64,000 nucleotides of DNA. Origin: Mobula hypostoma. Taxonomy: Eukaryota. Both the position numbers and the translations under genes were made by a program. The notes beneath the pieces were generated by a model, which was not told the DNA's origin, ran no database searches, and was given only the letters and a program-made list of their open reading frames with translations. The DNA lies in the NCBI RefSeq assembly GCF_963921235.1, contig NC_086101.1, positions 22,072,001 to 22,136,000 of the forward strand. Direction: 5' to 3'. Shown here piece after piece: positions 24,280-37,559 of the stretch (position 1 is its first letter; every line of letters begins with the position of its first letter).

Positions 24280-26000
24280 TAAGGTTGCCTACCCCTGCCC
24301 TAGACAAACCATGAGATCGCGGTCTGCTGAGGGCCAGAAAGTGCCATTCAGGCTTGGTGACAAACCAAGATGCAAGAGGTCCAATACGATTTCCAGAAGT
24401 GGCAATTCCATGACAAACTTGAATCACTGACAGATGCTCAACGCTGTGGGAAGGCTTGAATGCTTTTCCCTCTTAAAGATAGGCCCAATGCCTTCGATGC
24501 TGGCTTTAACCATTAGAACATGGAGAAATATTCACGAACTCCCACTGCCCCGATTACCCTGTGAGGCCAATGTGAGATCACCCTTCAAGTGGGTGAAGCC
24601 ATGAAAAACATCCAGGTCAGTTGGGGTATCTGGCCAAGTACTAATTGCCTGTGCTGATCAACCAGATGAAGTGTTCACCGATACCTTGAACCTCTCGCTT
24701 CAGCAGTCTGAAGCAGGCTTCAATTATACCAGTGCCCAAGAAGACTGTCATAATCTGCCTAAATATCTATTACCCAGTAGCACATACATTCACGGTGATG
24801 AAGTGCTTTGAGAGGTTGGTGATGCATGAGAAGCAGCTGAGAGACCCGCTCCAATTTGCCTACCAGCACAACAGGTCCACGGCAGATGCCATTTCATTCG
24901 CTCTTCGCTCAATCCTTGAATATCTGGACAACAAAGGTGCATACATGATTAGGAAGCTCTTTATCCACTACAGCTCAGCATTCAATACCATCATCCCCTG
25001 AAATCTAAGCAATAAGCTTCAAGACCTTGGTCTCAAACCTCCTTGTGCAATTGGGCCCTCAATGTCCTCAGTTTGGACTGGCAACACCTCCTCCACAATC
25101 TCCGTCAGCACAGGTGCACCAGAAGGCTGTGTGCTTAGGCCCCTGCTCTGCTCACTTTACACTTATGACAGTGACGCTAAGGACAGCTCTAATGCCATGT
25201 TTAAGTTTGCCAACGACACCACTGTCATTGGCTGAATCGAAGGTGATGATGGATCAGCATATAGGAGGGAGATTGAGAATCTGGCTGAGTTGTGCCACAA
25301 CAACAACCTCTCACTCAATGTCAGTAAGATGAAGGAGCTGATTATTGACTTCAGGAGGAGGAAACCGGTGGTCCGTGGGCCATCCTCACCGGGGGATCAG
25401 AGGTGGAGAGGGTCAGCAGCTTTAAATTTCTCATTGTTATCATTTCGGAGGACCTCTCCTGGGCCCTGCATGTGAGGGCAATTATTACGAGAGCACAGCA
25501 GTATCTCTGCTTTCTTACAAGTTTGCAAAGATTCAGCATGACATCTAAGATTTTGACCAGCTTTTATGGAAGTGTGATGGAAAGTATATTGACCGGTTGC
25601 ATCATAGCCTGGTATGGAAACACCAATGTCCTTGAATGGAAAATCATACAGGAATAGTTATTGCCCCTCAACCATCAGGCTCTTAAACCAGTAGGGTTAA
25701 CTTCACTCAACTTCTCTTGCCCCATCATTGAAATGTTCCCACAACCTTTGTATTCACTTTCAAGGACTATTCATCTCATATTCTCGATATTTACTTCTTT
25801 TTTTCTTTTGTCTTTGCACAGTTTGTTGCCTTTTGCACTTTGGTTGTTTGTCCGTCCTGCTGGGTGCTGTCTTTCACTGATTCTATCATGTTTCTTGGAT
25901 TTAGTGTGTATGACCGTAATAAAATGATTCTCAGGGTTGTATGTGGTGACATGTATGCCCTCTGATAATGAAGTTACTCTGACCCTTGAACATTGAACTT
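24280..26000 (+). mobile_element. Old Rex1/Babar LINE, degraded RT to 3'UTR
   Basis: [52 protein letters not shown] across frameshifted ORFs. Confidence 0.85.
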
Positions 26001-27573
26001 AATATTATCTGTATTGGGACAAGAAGTCATGAAAGACAATGGAAGAATCAGAAATGGCAAGGATGGAAAATATCAAGAAAGGTGCATTGGCATCTTTTTC
26101 TCAGAAAGTTATGGAGGCTCAGCATGTCACTAAGCATTCTGATTTACACAGATACAGTGTTGAAAGTATCCTGCTGGTTGCATCATGGTCTGGAATGGCA
26201 ATCTGAATATGCAGGAATGTAAGAAACTGCAGAGAGTAATGGATTCAGCCCAATAGATCACTGGCACATTCCTCACAACCACTGAGAGAATAGACATGAG
26301 GCACATCCTCCAGAAAACAGCAACAATCATCGAAGATTGCCGCCATCCAGCCACGTTTTCATATCGCAGCTGCCATCGGGCAAGAGGTACAGAGGCCTGA
26401 TGACCCATGCCACCAGGTGCAAGAACAGCTACTTCTCTTTGATCCTTGAACCAACCTGCACAACCCTAATCACTACCTCAGTACAGCAACATGTTCGTTT
26501 TCTTGTGTGTTTTTCTTGAATCATTTTGTTTAATGTATGTTTTTCTTGTAAATGTTGTGTCTCTAATGCTGAATGCCTATGATCCTGCTACAAGTAAGGA
26601 TTTGCACTGGAAAGTACTACACACATGTACTTCTGCAGATGGCAATACAATTGACTTTGACTTTGAAATAGACCATCAATGTTCAGCATGAAGGGTAAAG
26701 AAACATACAAATTCTGAACTAGAACAGGAAGCATCACCAGTACAGTCATTAATGTACAGAAAGAGAGGTGAGCAGAACTAAAGCAAACTTCCATTTATTC
26801 CCCAAACAACGTGGATCCATATGGGTTTTCATAGCCATTACTTTGATTTGGCACAGGGGTTCCCAATCTTTTTGTGCCATGGACCCCTGTCATTAACTGA
26901 GGGGTCCTTGGACCCCAGGTTGGGAACCCTTGATTTGGAGGAAGTGAGCAGAGTTAAATGGGAAGTTGTACATGGTGAAAACCAAACTCAGCCAATCAAG
27001 GAAGTGTGAGGGCGAGAGGGACTGGTTGGCCCTCTTTACCAGAGGAAATAAAAAATCCTGTTGCTTTAGTGGTGTTAGAACATAAAAAACCTACAGCACA
27101 ATACAGGCCCTTCGGCCCACAAAGCTGTGCGGAGCATGTCCTTACCTTAGAAATTACCTAGGGTTACCCATAGCCCCGTACTTTTCTAAGCTCTATGTAT
27201 CTATCCAGGAGTCTCGTAAAAGACCCGATCGTATCCATTTATTGTGTTGGATAAAGATTAGAGGGATAGAAATTCCACAGTGAAAATGAACCGAAATCTA
27301 GAAATTTATTTTGAATTATTCTTCTCCTGAAATAGACCAACTGTTATGAAAACAATTTATCCCTTTGTTAATTTAAATTGATTCAATTGAATTTTCTGTG
27401 AAACAAGTTCAAGTTTAATTATCATTCAACCGTTTACTGAACACCCATGTATACGGCCAAATGAAACAGCATGTCCCCAGGGCCAAGGTGCAGAACACAG
27501 TCAAACGCAGCACAGAGCACATTTAGTACATATGGTACAGCAATAAACATACAGATGCACAAAAATAAATATA

Positions 27574-28041
27574 CGAGGGGTGATTGATAAGTTTGTGGCC
27601 TAAGGTAGAAGAAGATGAGTTATTAACTTCAAACTTTCTGCATTTTCATTCAAAGAATTGAACTGCACATGCATGTAACGAGAGTGTCTTAGATCTCCAG
27701 GTGGTCCACAGCAGGGGTGATTGATTAGTTCATGGCCTAAGGTAGAAGGAGATGAGTTATACAGTTCTCGTTACATGTATGTGCAGTTCAACATCTGAGT
27801 GAAAATGCAGTAAGTTTGAAGTTAATAACTCATCTCGTTCTACTGGTGGCCATGAACTTATCAATCATCCCATGCAGTGGGGGCCCATTTCTGGAGGGCC
27901 AAGACGCCGACTTCTACAAAGAAGGGATCCGTATGCTCCACGACCGCTGGACTGTGTGTAAATGTAGGAAAAATAAATGTGCTCGGTTTTCTAAAATTGA
28001 CTCCTTCTACCTTAGGCCACAAACTTATCAATCACCCCTCG
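27574..28041. mobile_element. Mariner-derived MITE (468 bp) with internal fold-back
   Basis: 38-bp identical TIRs cgaggggtgattgataagtttgtggcctaaggtagaag, TA duplications at 27572-27573 and 28042-28043, transposase C-terminal remnant FYKEGIRMLHDRW. Confidence 0.92.
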
Positions 28042-28559
28042 TATATAGCCCAAGTCCCTGAGTGACTTGTCCCGCAAATTAATCGTGCATGGGTGCTGTT
28101 GGCAAGAACAAGCAGTTTTCGGCAGTCTGCAGTCAAGCATATGCATGCACGCAGGTAGACAAAGGTTGTTTTCCACTGAGTGAATACTGGAGGGCAGCAC
28201 CAGTCAGGGGTTGGGCCAGCCCCCAACCCCGCATGGACAGCGCACCATACTGCCTCCGGCATCACCCCTCCTGGACTGCTGCAACAGGCAAGTCCGCGGC
28301 ATGAGGCCTGGTCCTTGCTACAATGGAGGCCATGCTGCTTCCCCTGTCAGTTTCACAAATATACCAGTGGCCCGAACTTGCATTATTTTACATTACTAAT
28401 GCCCAATATTGTCTTGCATTCACAAGGAAAACATCCAAGACAATCACTCGCTGTTAGACTGCACACCAATTCCAATGCCCCTCCCGAGCAGACAACAGCA
28501 CAGTCTGCACCAAGTGCGGTTACTCCAGCTCTTCTGTTATCGCTTCTGGAGTAGACCTG

Positions 28560-29420
28560 CAGACCATGGAGTCCTAAATGCTGTGATCAGAAAAAAATGT
28601 TTAAAAAAGAAAAACACCTTTGTTTGGTCCCGGGGAGGCAATGGCATCCAAGCACATCACTATCTTACCATGAGCAATGTGGCCCAAGGCACCAAGTGTC
28701 ACGACATGCTGATATTCCACCTGTCCCTGGTATTGCAGAAGAGAAGCCTGGCTCCATTGCCGAGCAACGTCCTGGTCAGCTGGATGCTGCCGCAGTACCT
28801 GGCCTTTTTGGAAGAGTCCATCTTTGAACAAAGTCCAATAGTCCGTGGTCAGCAAGGAATGCAGATACTGTGGAGCAGGGACATTGTCGTCCATGGGTTT
28901 GTTTCCTAAACAAGCAATCCAAACCATCTAGCATAACGTCCTATCACCAGATCTGACCAACAAACACCAAGACCTCATTTGGCTTACAGAGAAAGGGTCC
29001 CTCAGAGTCAGTGCTTTCCTCTACAGATGACATATGTACTCTGCCCTTGGGACGGCTGTGATGGGGAAGGTCATCCACCTCTTCACAGATTGTGGATTTG
29101 CTAAGAGGGTGTGGAGGCAGATGCAGGGGCCCAGGTTCTTTTCCAATAGCTGTGTATAAGAGGACTCTCCGATCTACAGGCTGTTCTCAGGGTCACACAC
29201 TGAGACAGACATTAAGTGTTGGTAGGTGATCAGCTCTCTGAAAGATGTACTTTGGTCTTCCAGCGCAGTGAGATGTCCATATGGAAATGCTGTTGGCTGG
29301 CCCAGTTCAGGCTGTAGAGATACATGCTGGAAGCTCCAAACAGACAACACTAAGGTTCTATCCAGACCCCTTCTGCTACCACACATGGATGGGCTGAGTT
29401 ACTATACATGACAAAACCCC
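28560..29420 (+). mobile_element. Tx1/L1-like LINE 3' fragment (degraded)
   Basis: PDLTNKHQDLIWL...CPWDGCDGE..HLFTDCGFAKRVW (C-terminal CCHC knuckle). Confidence 0.75.
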
Positions 29421-30044
29421 TTGACCATGAACGGGAGATCACCTCAGGGAGCTTTATGAGGGACAATGGCACTATGTTTGTGATTTTTCTTAAGTTTATA
29501 CTACTGAATGAACCAATCATGAATGTTTTCGAGAGAGCTATAGATGGCGGTGAACCCAAGTGCAGAGAAAGGTCTAGAATTAACTCACACTCAGTCTCAA
29601 AAAATAACAAGACAGCACAAACAAAATCAAAAGGCAAAATAACATACAATAGTACTAGAAATCAAACTCCTATGATTGAGCACTGAGTGCTCAGCATGGG
29701 ACCTTTAAGTACAGACTTCTCGAGAAGGAATGTGACAGACAATAATTGGCAGTCTGACAGTGGCAGCTAACCATACTCTGGGGAATTGGAGCACTGAACC
29801 CTGGATGCCCGACAAAGTTCAGCCGGGACCATGAAAATTTCTTACCTTGCATATATTTTTTTATCATGAAAAAGTTTATTTTTGAAATGGAATAATACAG
29901 TTCTATTCTTTGGGATATTGCCAGATTTTTGTTAGATGAAAAATATAAAACCAAACATTGAAGGTTAGGAGACAAAGGGGGGGGGGCAGGAAAAAGAAAT
30001 TCAGATACCATAATTAAATGGCTCTTCATCATCCTGTCCAATAT

Positions 30045-33000
30045 TAGACCATAAAACTACAAGACATAGGAGCAGACTTAGGCCACTTGGCACATCAAGT
30101 CTGCTCTGCCATTCAATCATTGTTCAACTTATTTTTCTCTCATCCTCAACCCTATTTTCCAGCCTTCACCCTGTAACCTTTAATGCCATGTCCAATCATG
30201 AGCCTATCAATCTCTGCTTTAAATGCACCCAATGACCAGGCCTCCACAGCTGCATGTGGCAACAAATTCCACAAATTCACCACCCTCCGGCTAAAGAAAT
30301 TTCTCTGCATCCCTGTTTTGAATGGATGCCATTCTATCCTGAGGCTGGGTCCTCTTGTCCTAGACTCTCCCACTATGAGAAACATCCTTTCCACACCTAC
30401 TCTGCCTAGGCCTTCCAACATTCAAAAGGTTTCAATAAGAACCCCTCCCCCCACCACCACCACCATCCTTCTAAGTTCCAGAAAGTCCAGATCCAGAGCA
30501 ATCAAATGTGTCTCGTATGCTAACCCATTCATTCCTGGAATCATCCTTGTGAACCTCCTCTGGACCCTCTCCAATGCCAGCACACCTTTTCTAAGATAAG
30601 GAGCCCAAAACTGTCCACAATACTCACCAGTGCCTTATAAAGCTTCAGCATCACAACCCTGCTTTTCTATTCTAGACCTCTTGAAATGAATGCTAACATT
30701 GCATTTGTCTTCCTCACCGCTGACTCAAGCTGCAAGTTAACCTTCAGGGTGTTCTACATAAGGACTCCCAAGCCCCTTTGCATCTCAGATTATTGAATTT
30801 TCTCTCCATTCAGAAAATAGTCTGCACATTTATTTCTACTACCAAAGTGCATGACCATGCATTTTCCAACATTATATTTCATTTGCCGCTTTATTACCTA
30901 TTCTTCTAATCTTCCTAAGTCCTTCTGCATCCTACCTGCTTCCTCAACACTACCTGCACCTCCACCAATCTTCGTATCTTCTGAAAACTTGGCAACAAAA
31001 CCATCTATTGCATCATCTAAATCACTTATATACAGCATAAAAAGAAGTGGTCCCAACACCGAACCCTGTGGAACACCACTAGTCACCGGCAGCCAACCAG
31101 AAAAGGATCCTTTTATTCCCACTCACTGCCTCCTTCCAATCAGCCAATGCTCTAATCATGTTAGTAACTTTCCTGTAATACCATGGGCTCTTGTCCAAAT
31201 ATACAACATCCATTGCATCTCCTTTATCTATCCTACTTGTAATCTCTTCAAAGAATTCCAACACATTCATCAAGCAGGATTTTCCCTGAAGGAAACCATA
31301 CTGACAATCTTGTCCTGTGTCACCAAGTACTCCATCATCTCATCCTTAACAATTGACTATAACATCTTCCCACCACTGAGTCAGGCTAACAGGTCTATAA
31401 TTTCCCTTCTGCTGCCTTCCTCCTTTCTTAAAGAGTGGAGTGATTTACGCAATTTTCCAGTTATCTGGCACCATACCAAAGTCCAATGAATTTTGAAAGA
31501 TCATTACTATTGCATCTACAACCTCTACCACTAATCTTCCAGCACCCTCGGGTGCAGTTGATCTGGTTCGGGTGACTTATGTACTCAAATGTCTTTTAGC
31601 TTTTTAAGCACCTTTTCCCTTGTAACAGTAACTGCACCCACTTCTCTTCCTTCACTCACTACAACATCTGGCACACTGCTCATGTCTTCCACAGTGAAGA
31701 CTGATGCAGAATACTCATTTAGTTCATCTGCCATCTCCTTGCCCCCCCCCCCGTTATTATTTCTCCTGCCTTATTTTCTCGCGGTCCTATAACCACTCTC
31801 AGCTCTCTTTTATTTTTTGCATACATGAAAATACTTTTACTATCCATTTTGATATTATTTGCTAGCTTGCTTTTATATTTCATTTTTTCCCTTCTAATGA
31901 CTCTTTTAGTTGCTCTCTGTAGGTTTTTATAAACGTCCCAATCCTATATCTTCCAACTAATTTTTGCTTTGTTGTATGCCCTCTCTTTTATTTTTACATT
32001 AGCTTTGACTTCCCTTGTCAGCCACAGTTGTACAATTTTGCCATCTGAGTATTTCTTCATTTTTGGAATACACATGTCCTGCACCTTCCTCATTTTTCTC
32101 AGAAATGCACACCATTGCTGTTCTGCTGACATCACTGCCAGCAGCTCCTTCCAATTTAAGTTGAACTCGGTCATATTGTGATCACTGGTTCCTGAGGGTT
32201 CTTTTACCTTAAGCTCCCTAATCATCTCCAGTTCATTACACAACACCCAATCCAGTATAGCTGATCCCCTAGTAGGCTCAACGACAATCTGCTCTAAAAA
32301 AAACCTGCCTCTTAGGTATTCAACAAACTCACTCATTTGAGATTCATTTCCAACCTGATTTTCACAATCAACCTGCATGTTAAACTTTCCCATGACTATC
32401 ATAACATTGCCCTTTTGACTCGCTTTTTCCATTTCCTGTTGTAATTTGTGGCCCACCTCCCAGATACTGTTGGGAGGCCTGTATATTGCATCAATGTCCT
32501 TTTACCATGCGGTTTCTTAACTTGACCCACAAGGATTCAACATCTTCTGATCCTATGTCACAGCTTTCTACTGATCTGATGCCATTCTTTACCAGTAGAG
32601 CCACACCTCCCCCTCTGTATACCTTCCTATCACTCTGATACAAAGTGTAACCTTGGACATTCAGCTCCCAACTACAACCATCCTTCTGACATGATTCAGT
32701 GATGGCCACAACATCATATTTGGCAATCTGTAATAGTGCAAAAAGATCATCCAACTTATTTTTTATTCCCCATGCATTGAGATACAACACCTCGAGTACT
32801 GTATTTGCTTTCCTTTCTGATTCTGCATTCCTAATGTTTTGTTACTCAACCTGTTGGCTGCAACTAAGTCCCATCACCAACATGCCCTTCCTGACAACAT
32901 GACTGCATGCTATCTTTACTTTTTTACCATCCATCCTATCCTGAATCCCATCACTCTGGGTCCTACCCCACTGCCAAATTAAATTAAACCCTCCCCAAAA

Positions 33001-33765
33001 GCTCGAGAAAACCTGAGAATTTTGGTTCCCCTCGGGTTCAGGTGCAACTCCTCACTTTTGAACAGGTTATACCTCCCCCAGACGAGATCCCAATGATCCA
33101 AGAATCTGAAGCCCTGCCCCCCGCACCAGCTTCTCAGCCACGCATTCATCCGCCAAATCATCCTGTTTCTACCCTCACTGCCACGTGGAACAGGCAGCAA
33201 TCCAGAAATTACTACCCGTGAGGTCCTGCTTTTCAGCTTTCTATCCAGCTCTCTAAATTCTCTTTTCATGACCTTTGTTCCTTCCGATGTCACTGGTACC
33301 AATATGTACCAAGACATTTGGCTGCTCAACCTCGCTCTCCAAAATGTTGTGGACGCGACCTGAGACGACCCTGACCCTGGCACTTGGGAGAGAACGTACC
33401 ATCCGGGTGTCCCATCCACGTCCACAGAATCTCCTGTCTGTTCCCCTCACTATCGAGTCCCCTATCACTACCACTCCCGTCTTCTCACTCTTTCCCGTCT
33501 GCACCACGGACCCATGCTCAGTGCCTGTAACCCGGTCTGTGCGGCATTCCCCCGGGAGGTCATCCTCCACAACAGTATCCAAAGCGGTATACTTATTTTT
33601 GAGGGGAATGGCCATGGGGGAGCTCTGTTCTAACTGCTCATTTACATTTACATTTCTCCTGACAGTCACCCAGCTACTCGCCCCCTGCAACTTCGGGGTG
33701 ATTACTTCCCTGTAGCTCTGATTAATTGTCTCCTCACACTGCCGTACAAACATTGGAACACCCTA
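30045..33765 (-). mobile_element. Near-full-span CR1 LINE with ORF1 esterase, APE and RT remnants and internal deletions
   Basis: ORF1 SGNH/GDSL motifs VVIGDSIVRG and LVHIGTSDIG; APE LYLNAWGIKNK and VVAITES; RT VTSGVPQGSVLGPLLF and KFSEDTKIGG; CR1 3'UTR at 30045-30150. Confidence 0.92.
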
Positions 33766-33939
33766 AAAGTTCCAGCAGAACTCTGGAAAGTCCCATTAAC
33801 AATTTTGCTTCTCAAATATCAACACGAAAGTTCAGAACCTTATTGCACAGAACCTCATTTTAAGTGTGCCTTTCACATTCCCGGAAACGATACAGCCAAT
33901 ACAGCCTTTGACCTGGATCTGAGATTTATCACCACAATT

Positions 33940-34270
33940 TTGTGCCGTGTGGTATGACGTGAGCTTACGTGATCTATCCATGACCATGATTGTTTTTGGC
34001 CATTTTTTTTCGACAGAAGTGGTTTGCCATTGCCTTCTTCAGGGCGGTGGCTTTACGGGATGGGTGATCCCAGCCATTATCGATATCTTCAGAGATTGCC
34101 TGCCTGGCGTCAGCGGTCGTATAACCAGGACTTGTGATACGCAAATCCGCCACCCCCTGTTCCCCTGACCCTGATCAGGGTTGGGAGAGTGGGGCTAAAC
34201 AGGTGCTACACCTTGCCCAAGGGTGACCTCCAGCTAGCGGAGGGAAGGAGCGCCGTACACCCCGCCACCT
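33940..34270 (-). mobile_element. Short retroelement with an RTE-type tail
   Basis: Tail ggcaatggcaaaccacttc. An inverted homologous copy lies at about 46170-46520. Confidence 0.6.
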
Positions 34271-34526
34271 ATGTGAGATTATCACCGTTAACACGAGAGA
34301 TTCGTACCAGAAGTGACATTATCCGTATCTATGAAAAGGGATTTGGTTGATGTCACAGTTAATGTTTAAGATACGAGGTTCGATATTTATGATAGCTTAT
34401 TATTCTTCAGTACAGGAGAGTAATGGAGAACGAAGTGATTGCTAGTCCGGATCCGATGCATCATAAAACACAATAAACATAAATTTAAAGCAATCCTCTG
34501 AGCATGGTGTGTAAGTAACTGTTTGA

Positions 34527-34612
34527 GCATGGCCATATATACACACACACACATATATACATATATATATACACATATACGTGTGTGTGTGTGTGTGTGT
34601 GTGTATATGTAC
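34527..34612. repeat. Compound (CA)n/(TA)n/(GT)n microsatellite
   Basis: Directly visible. The CA and GT blocks are mutually inverted. Confidence 0.9.
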
Positions 34613-34689
34613 GATTAGTTTATACACACGGGCTGATTTTATGTACATAATGTGATCCAGGTGCAGGAGAATCCGTACAGACTCTAAGA

Positions 34690-34908
34690 AGTGACTCTGA
34701 CAGGAAATGATTCAATGACAAAGTCACTCTTGGCAAGAGGAACTCTTGTCGGTCTGAGCGTGGCATTGAGTACTGTACACGGCGGGACGGTCACTGTCAG
34801 TGTGGGTACGAGGTGTGAAGTGTAAGCGTAAAGCGGCACTGCATGAAGCTGCTCATTTTTACGCTGACAGTAACTCTCCTCTCGGAAAGTCAAGTGGAAT
34901 GAGTCATA
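34690..34908 (+). promoter_or_regulatory. Putative promoter/5'UTR of the Ig receptor gene
   Basis: CpG-richer unique DNA. AP-1 site TGAGTCA at 34900-34906, ETS/PU.1-like GAGGAA near 34738 and CAGGAAAT near 34701. Motif matches only. Confidence 0.35.
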
Positions 34909-34984
34909 ATGTCACCCAGACGAAGTGAGGGGGTCAGGGTGTATGGCGTCCAGCTATTAACTTTTACTCTACTGGTCCCGATGG
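34909..34984 (+). CDS. Ig-superfamily receptor exon 1: signal peptide MSPRRSEGVRVYGVQLLTFTLLVPM
   Basis: ATG at 34909, basic N-region plus hydrophobic core, consensus donor G|GTAAGT in phase 1 that joins the IgV exon as GCC (Ala). Confidence 0.8.
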
Positions 34985-35359
34985 GTAAGTGTTTCTTAAC
35001 TAACTCGTGTAATGTCTATCTTACAATCATAATTGCCAAAGAGTAGGAAAAATATCTCGGATGATTACCTTGGCGAAAATATGTCCAGCGGAGCTACCAT
35101 TTTGGAAAATATATTTACACCGCTGTAAATTGCGGTTCTGCTCAAAGTGAGCACCTGGTTTGATTATTTTTGCGTGATTATCGGGTGGATAATCGCAGGG
35201 CCAGACTGCCCCCGGTTTCACTGGGATGCCCCTGCTCCTCCTTGGCAACCTCCCTACACTGTTCATCGATCAGTGTAAAACTACAAGAAGAAGGCATAGA
35301 ATTGCCGGCGGAATGCTACAAAGAACGCGATTAACACTACAATCTTAGTGATACTGACT

Positions 35360-35758
35360 GCCTATTTCTCACCGCTGGCATTTGGGGCAGCAGAGTAGGT
35401 CCACCATCTCTGGCGGTGTTCAGGGATTCTTCGTGTCACAGCTCGGCTTTCACGACTACTGTTAGACATGCAAGTCCCACCCGGGGACTCAGGAATACCA
35501 TCGCACTCAGATGTTGAAGCTTCCGTAACAATTTTGTTTGACCAGTTTGGGTTGTTCGCCCTGAGCTGAACCCCCGAACCTGGAGGACTGGTAGGCCACT
35601 CTTCGTCTGGCCTCGGTCCATTGACCTGTTTGGCATGGGCGACCCTACCAAGAGACAAACCACAAAGCCCCTGACTCCAGCCAACAAAGCTCTCCCGGTC
35701 ATTGAGGCATACAGGCCTCCAAACCACGACAGGGCTGTGGTCCTTTTGGAGGAATCAT
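35360..35758 (-). mobile_element. RTE-clade internal-deletion derivative (5' and 3' ends joined)
   Basis: 5' cctgtcgtggtttggaggcctgtatgcctcaatgacc resembles an RTE/BovB 5'UTR. 3' ccagagatggtggacctactctgctgccccaaatgccagcgg resembles an RTE 3' end. Confidence 0.6.
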
Positions 35759-35939
35759 AGTATTAATAGTAACAGTTATCAGTGATGTTAGGAAATAATT
35801 CAGATTCTGACCCGGCGAATATAAAGTTCCCGCATTAAATCCCTGGGGACCAAGAATATCGCCGTGTTGTATTCATTTGAAATTCTCGACCACAGAAGAC
35901 AACTGAAGACAAGTAATTAAAGTATTTAAGGAGTTAGGT

Positions 35940-36110
35940 ATATTAAGATATCAAATGAGAATGGCCAGACTGTTTCTTCAAGCTCACAAGAAGGCGACAG
36001 TAACTCAAATAACCACTCGTTACAACAGTGATGTGCGGAAGAGCATCTCTGAACGCACAGCCTGTCGAACCTTGAAGTGGGTGGGCTACAGCAACAAAAG
36101 GTCACGAACA
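35940..36110 (+). mobile_element. Tc1 transposase fragment
   Basis: RMARLFLQAHKKATVTQITTRYN...SISERTACRTLKWVGYS. Confidence 0.8.
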
Positions 36111-36111
36111 C

Positions 36112-36578
36112 GGAGGAACTCGGATGTTCCCGGGGACGCACACGGAGACCAACAACCGGTGCTACTGGCAGATCATCAACTCGGTGAAAGACGCTCTTTG
36201 GTCGGCCTGAAACTTGATGATCTACCAGCACATGGAGATGTCCGTGGCAGAATGCTGCCGACTGGCACATTCTCGGCTTCAGGAGTCCGTGCTGAGGGAC
36301 GCACTGAAACTCGGTGCAGCCACCGCAAGGGCCCGGTGGGGAAGGACCACTGTTTAGGGTTCTTCTCCCGCTGGAGTGGGAGGGGTCGGGTGGCGGGGAG
36401 TATACTGTATCCCTCAACAATGGTGTGGGAAGGTGAAACAACAGAGCGCCACGTGGGTGGCCAAAAATATGGATATGTAGAGACCATAATGGAAACATAT
36501 GTAAAGGATTGAGTCATTGAATGGTTTATTGTATGTAATTTTATTTTTGAATAAAGTATATTTTGAAATAATAAAAAA
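36112..36578 (+). mobile_element. Tx1/L1-like LINE 3' end (younger)
   Basis: GMFPGTHTETNNRCYWQIINSVKDALWSA*NLMIYQ...CCRLAHSRLQESVLRDALKLGAATARARWGRTTV*, then AATAAA and an A-rich tail. Homologous to 29180-29420. Confidence 0.8.
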
Positions 36579-37166
36579 GAACTCAGCAGGCCAGGCAGCA
36601 TCTATGCGAAAGAGTACAGTCGACGTTTCGGGGCGAGACGTTCTCTTTTGTTAGGTTTGTTGAGAATGTTTGGATTCGGACTGCAGCTGGTAGAATATAT
36701 TAACTGTGGTTATCCTTTAAAGCGTTGAGGAGTTTGTTCTGATGGACAGAAAACACTTTTAGGGACCTTTGTTCCCTCCAGTCTGCTGAAGCGTCTCAGC
36801 ATCCATAGACGCTGCCTGACCTGCTGAGTTCCTCCAGCATTTGTGCGTGTTGCTTAGATTTCCAGCATCTGCAGATGTTCTCCTGTTTGTCACTTTGTAG
36901 GTACTTTCTTCTGGCAAAGAGATCATGGTCCTGGGAAGGGAGCAGTAACACAGTATTGACATTCGCCATGATCGTATTAAATGGCGGAGCCGGTTCGAAG
37001 GCCGAATGGCCCACTCCGCCTTTAATGTCCCTGTCTACGGGTGGCGGCGGAATGTCAAACACCGGAGAGCGTTTTCGTTTTGTAATTAGTGATACACTGT
37101 CGTTTAAGCAATGATTGGCTTTATCATTTAAATATCATTTCGTTTTGTATCACTCTCCACCTTTAG

Positions 37167-37559
37167 CCGTTGCAACACTGAGGGTACATCAGAACCGCTT
37201 GAACGGAAGCGTGGACCATTCTGTGCTCCTACCCGCCTCTTACACAATCTCGGACCCACGGGGTTATCTGCGGATCAAATGGAGCAGGGCTGGGAAAAGA
37301 ATTGTGGAATACAGATGCATATCAGAGCGAAACAGCAACTCAGATGAATGCAGCCACGTCATGTCTTACTCTGATCTCTATAAACACCGGGTTGTTCTTT
37401 TCCCGGAGAACGCTTCGCTGCTGCTGAAACATTTGCAGATTAACGACAGTGGCCTTTATGAATTATCTGTTAGCCAGGCAAGAGGAATCGAAAGAGGAAG
37501 CTTTAACTTAGTTGTCCAGGCTGACAACGCAAATGAAACCGGCCACGGGGAGATAATGG
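37167..37559 (+). CDS. Ig-superfamily receptor exon 2: single IgV domain of CD2/CEACAM/SLAM/HEPACAM type
   Basis: Acceptor ctctccacctttAG and donor G|GTAGGT, phase 1-1, 393 nt open. Motifs GSVDHSVLLPASY, IKWS, YKHRVVLFPENASLLLKHLQINDSGLYEL. Four N-glycosylation sequons (NGS, NAS, NDS, NET). Confidence 0.9.

Noticed and set aside
35955-36512. 185-aa ORF that looks like a novel transposase fusion
   Set aside because: It is a chance join of a Tc1 N-terminal fragment to a Tx1 3' end read out of frame. The Tx1 protein is in another frame.
37115-37166. ORF-track N-terminus MALSFKYHFVLYHSPPL as a signal peptide
   Set aside because: It starts at TTG and is the polypyrimidine tract of intron 1. The real leader is at 34909-34984.
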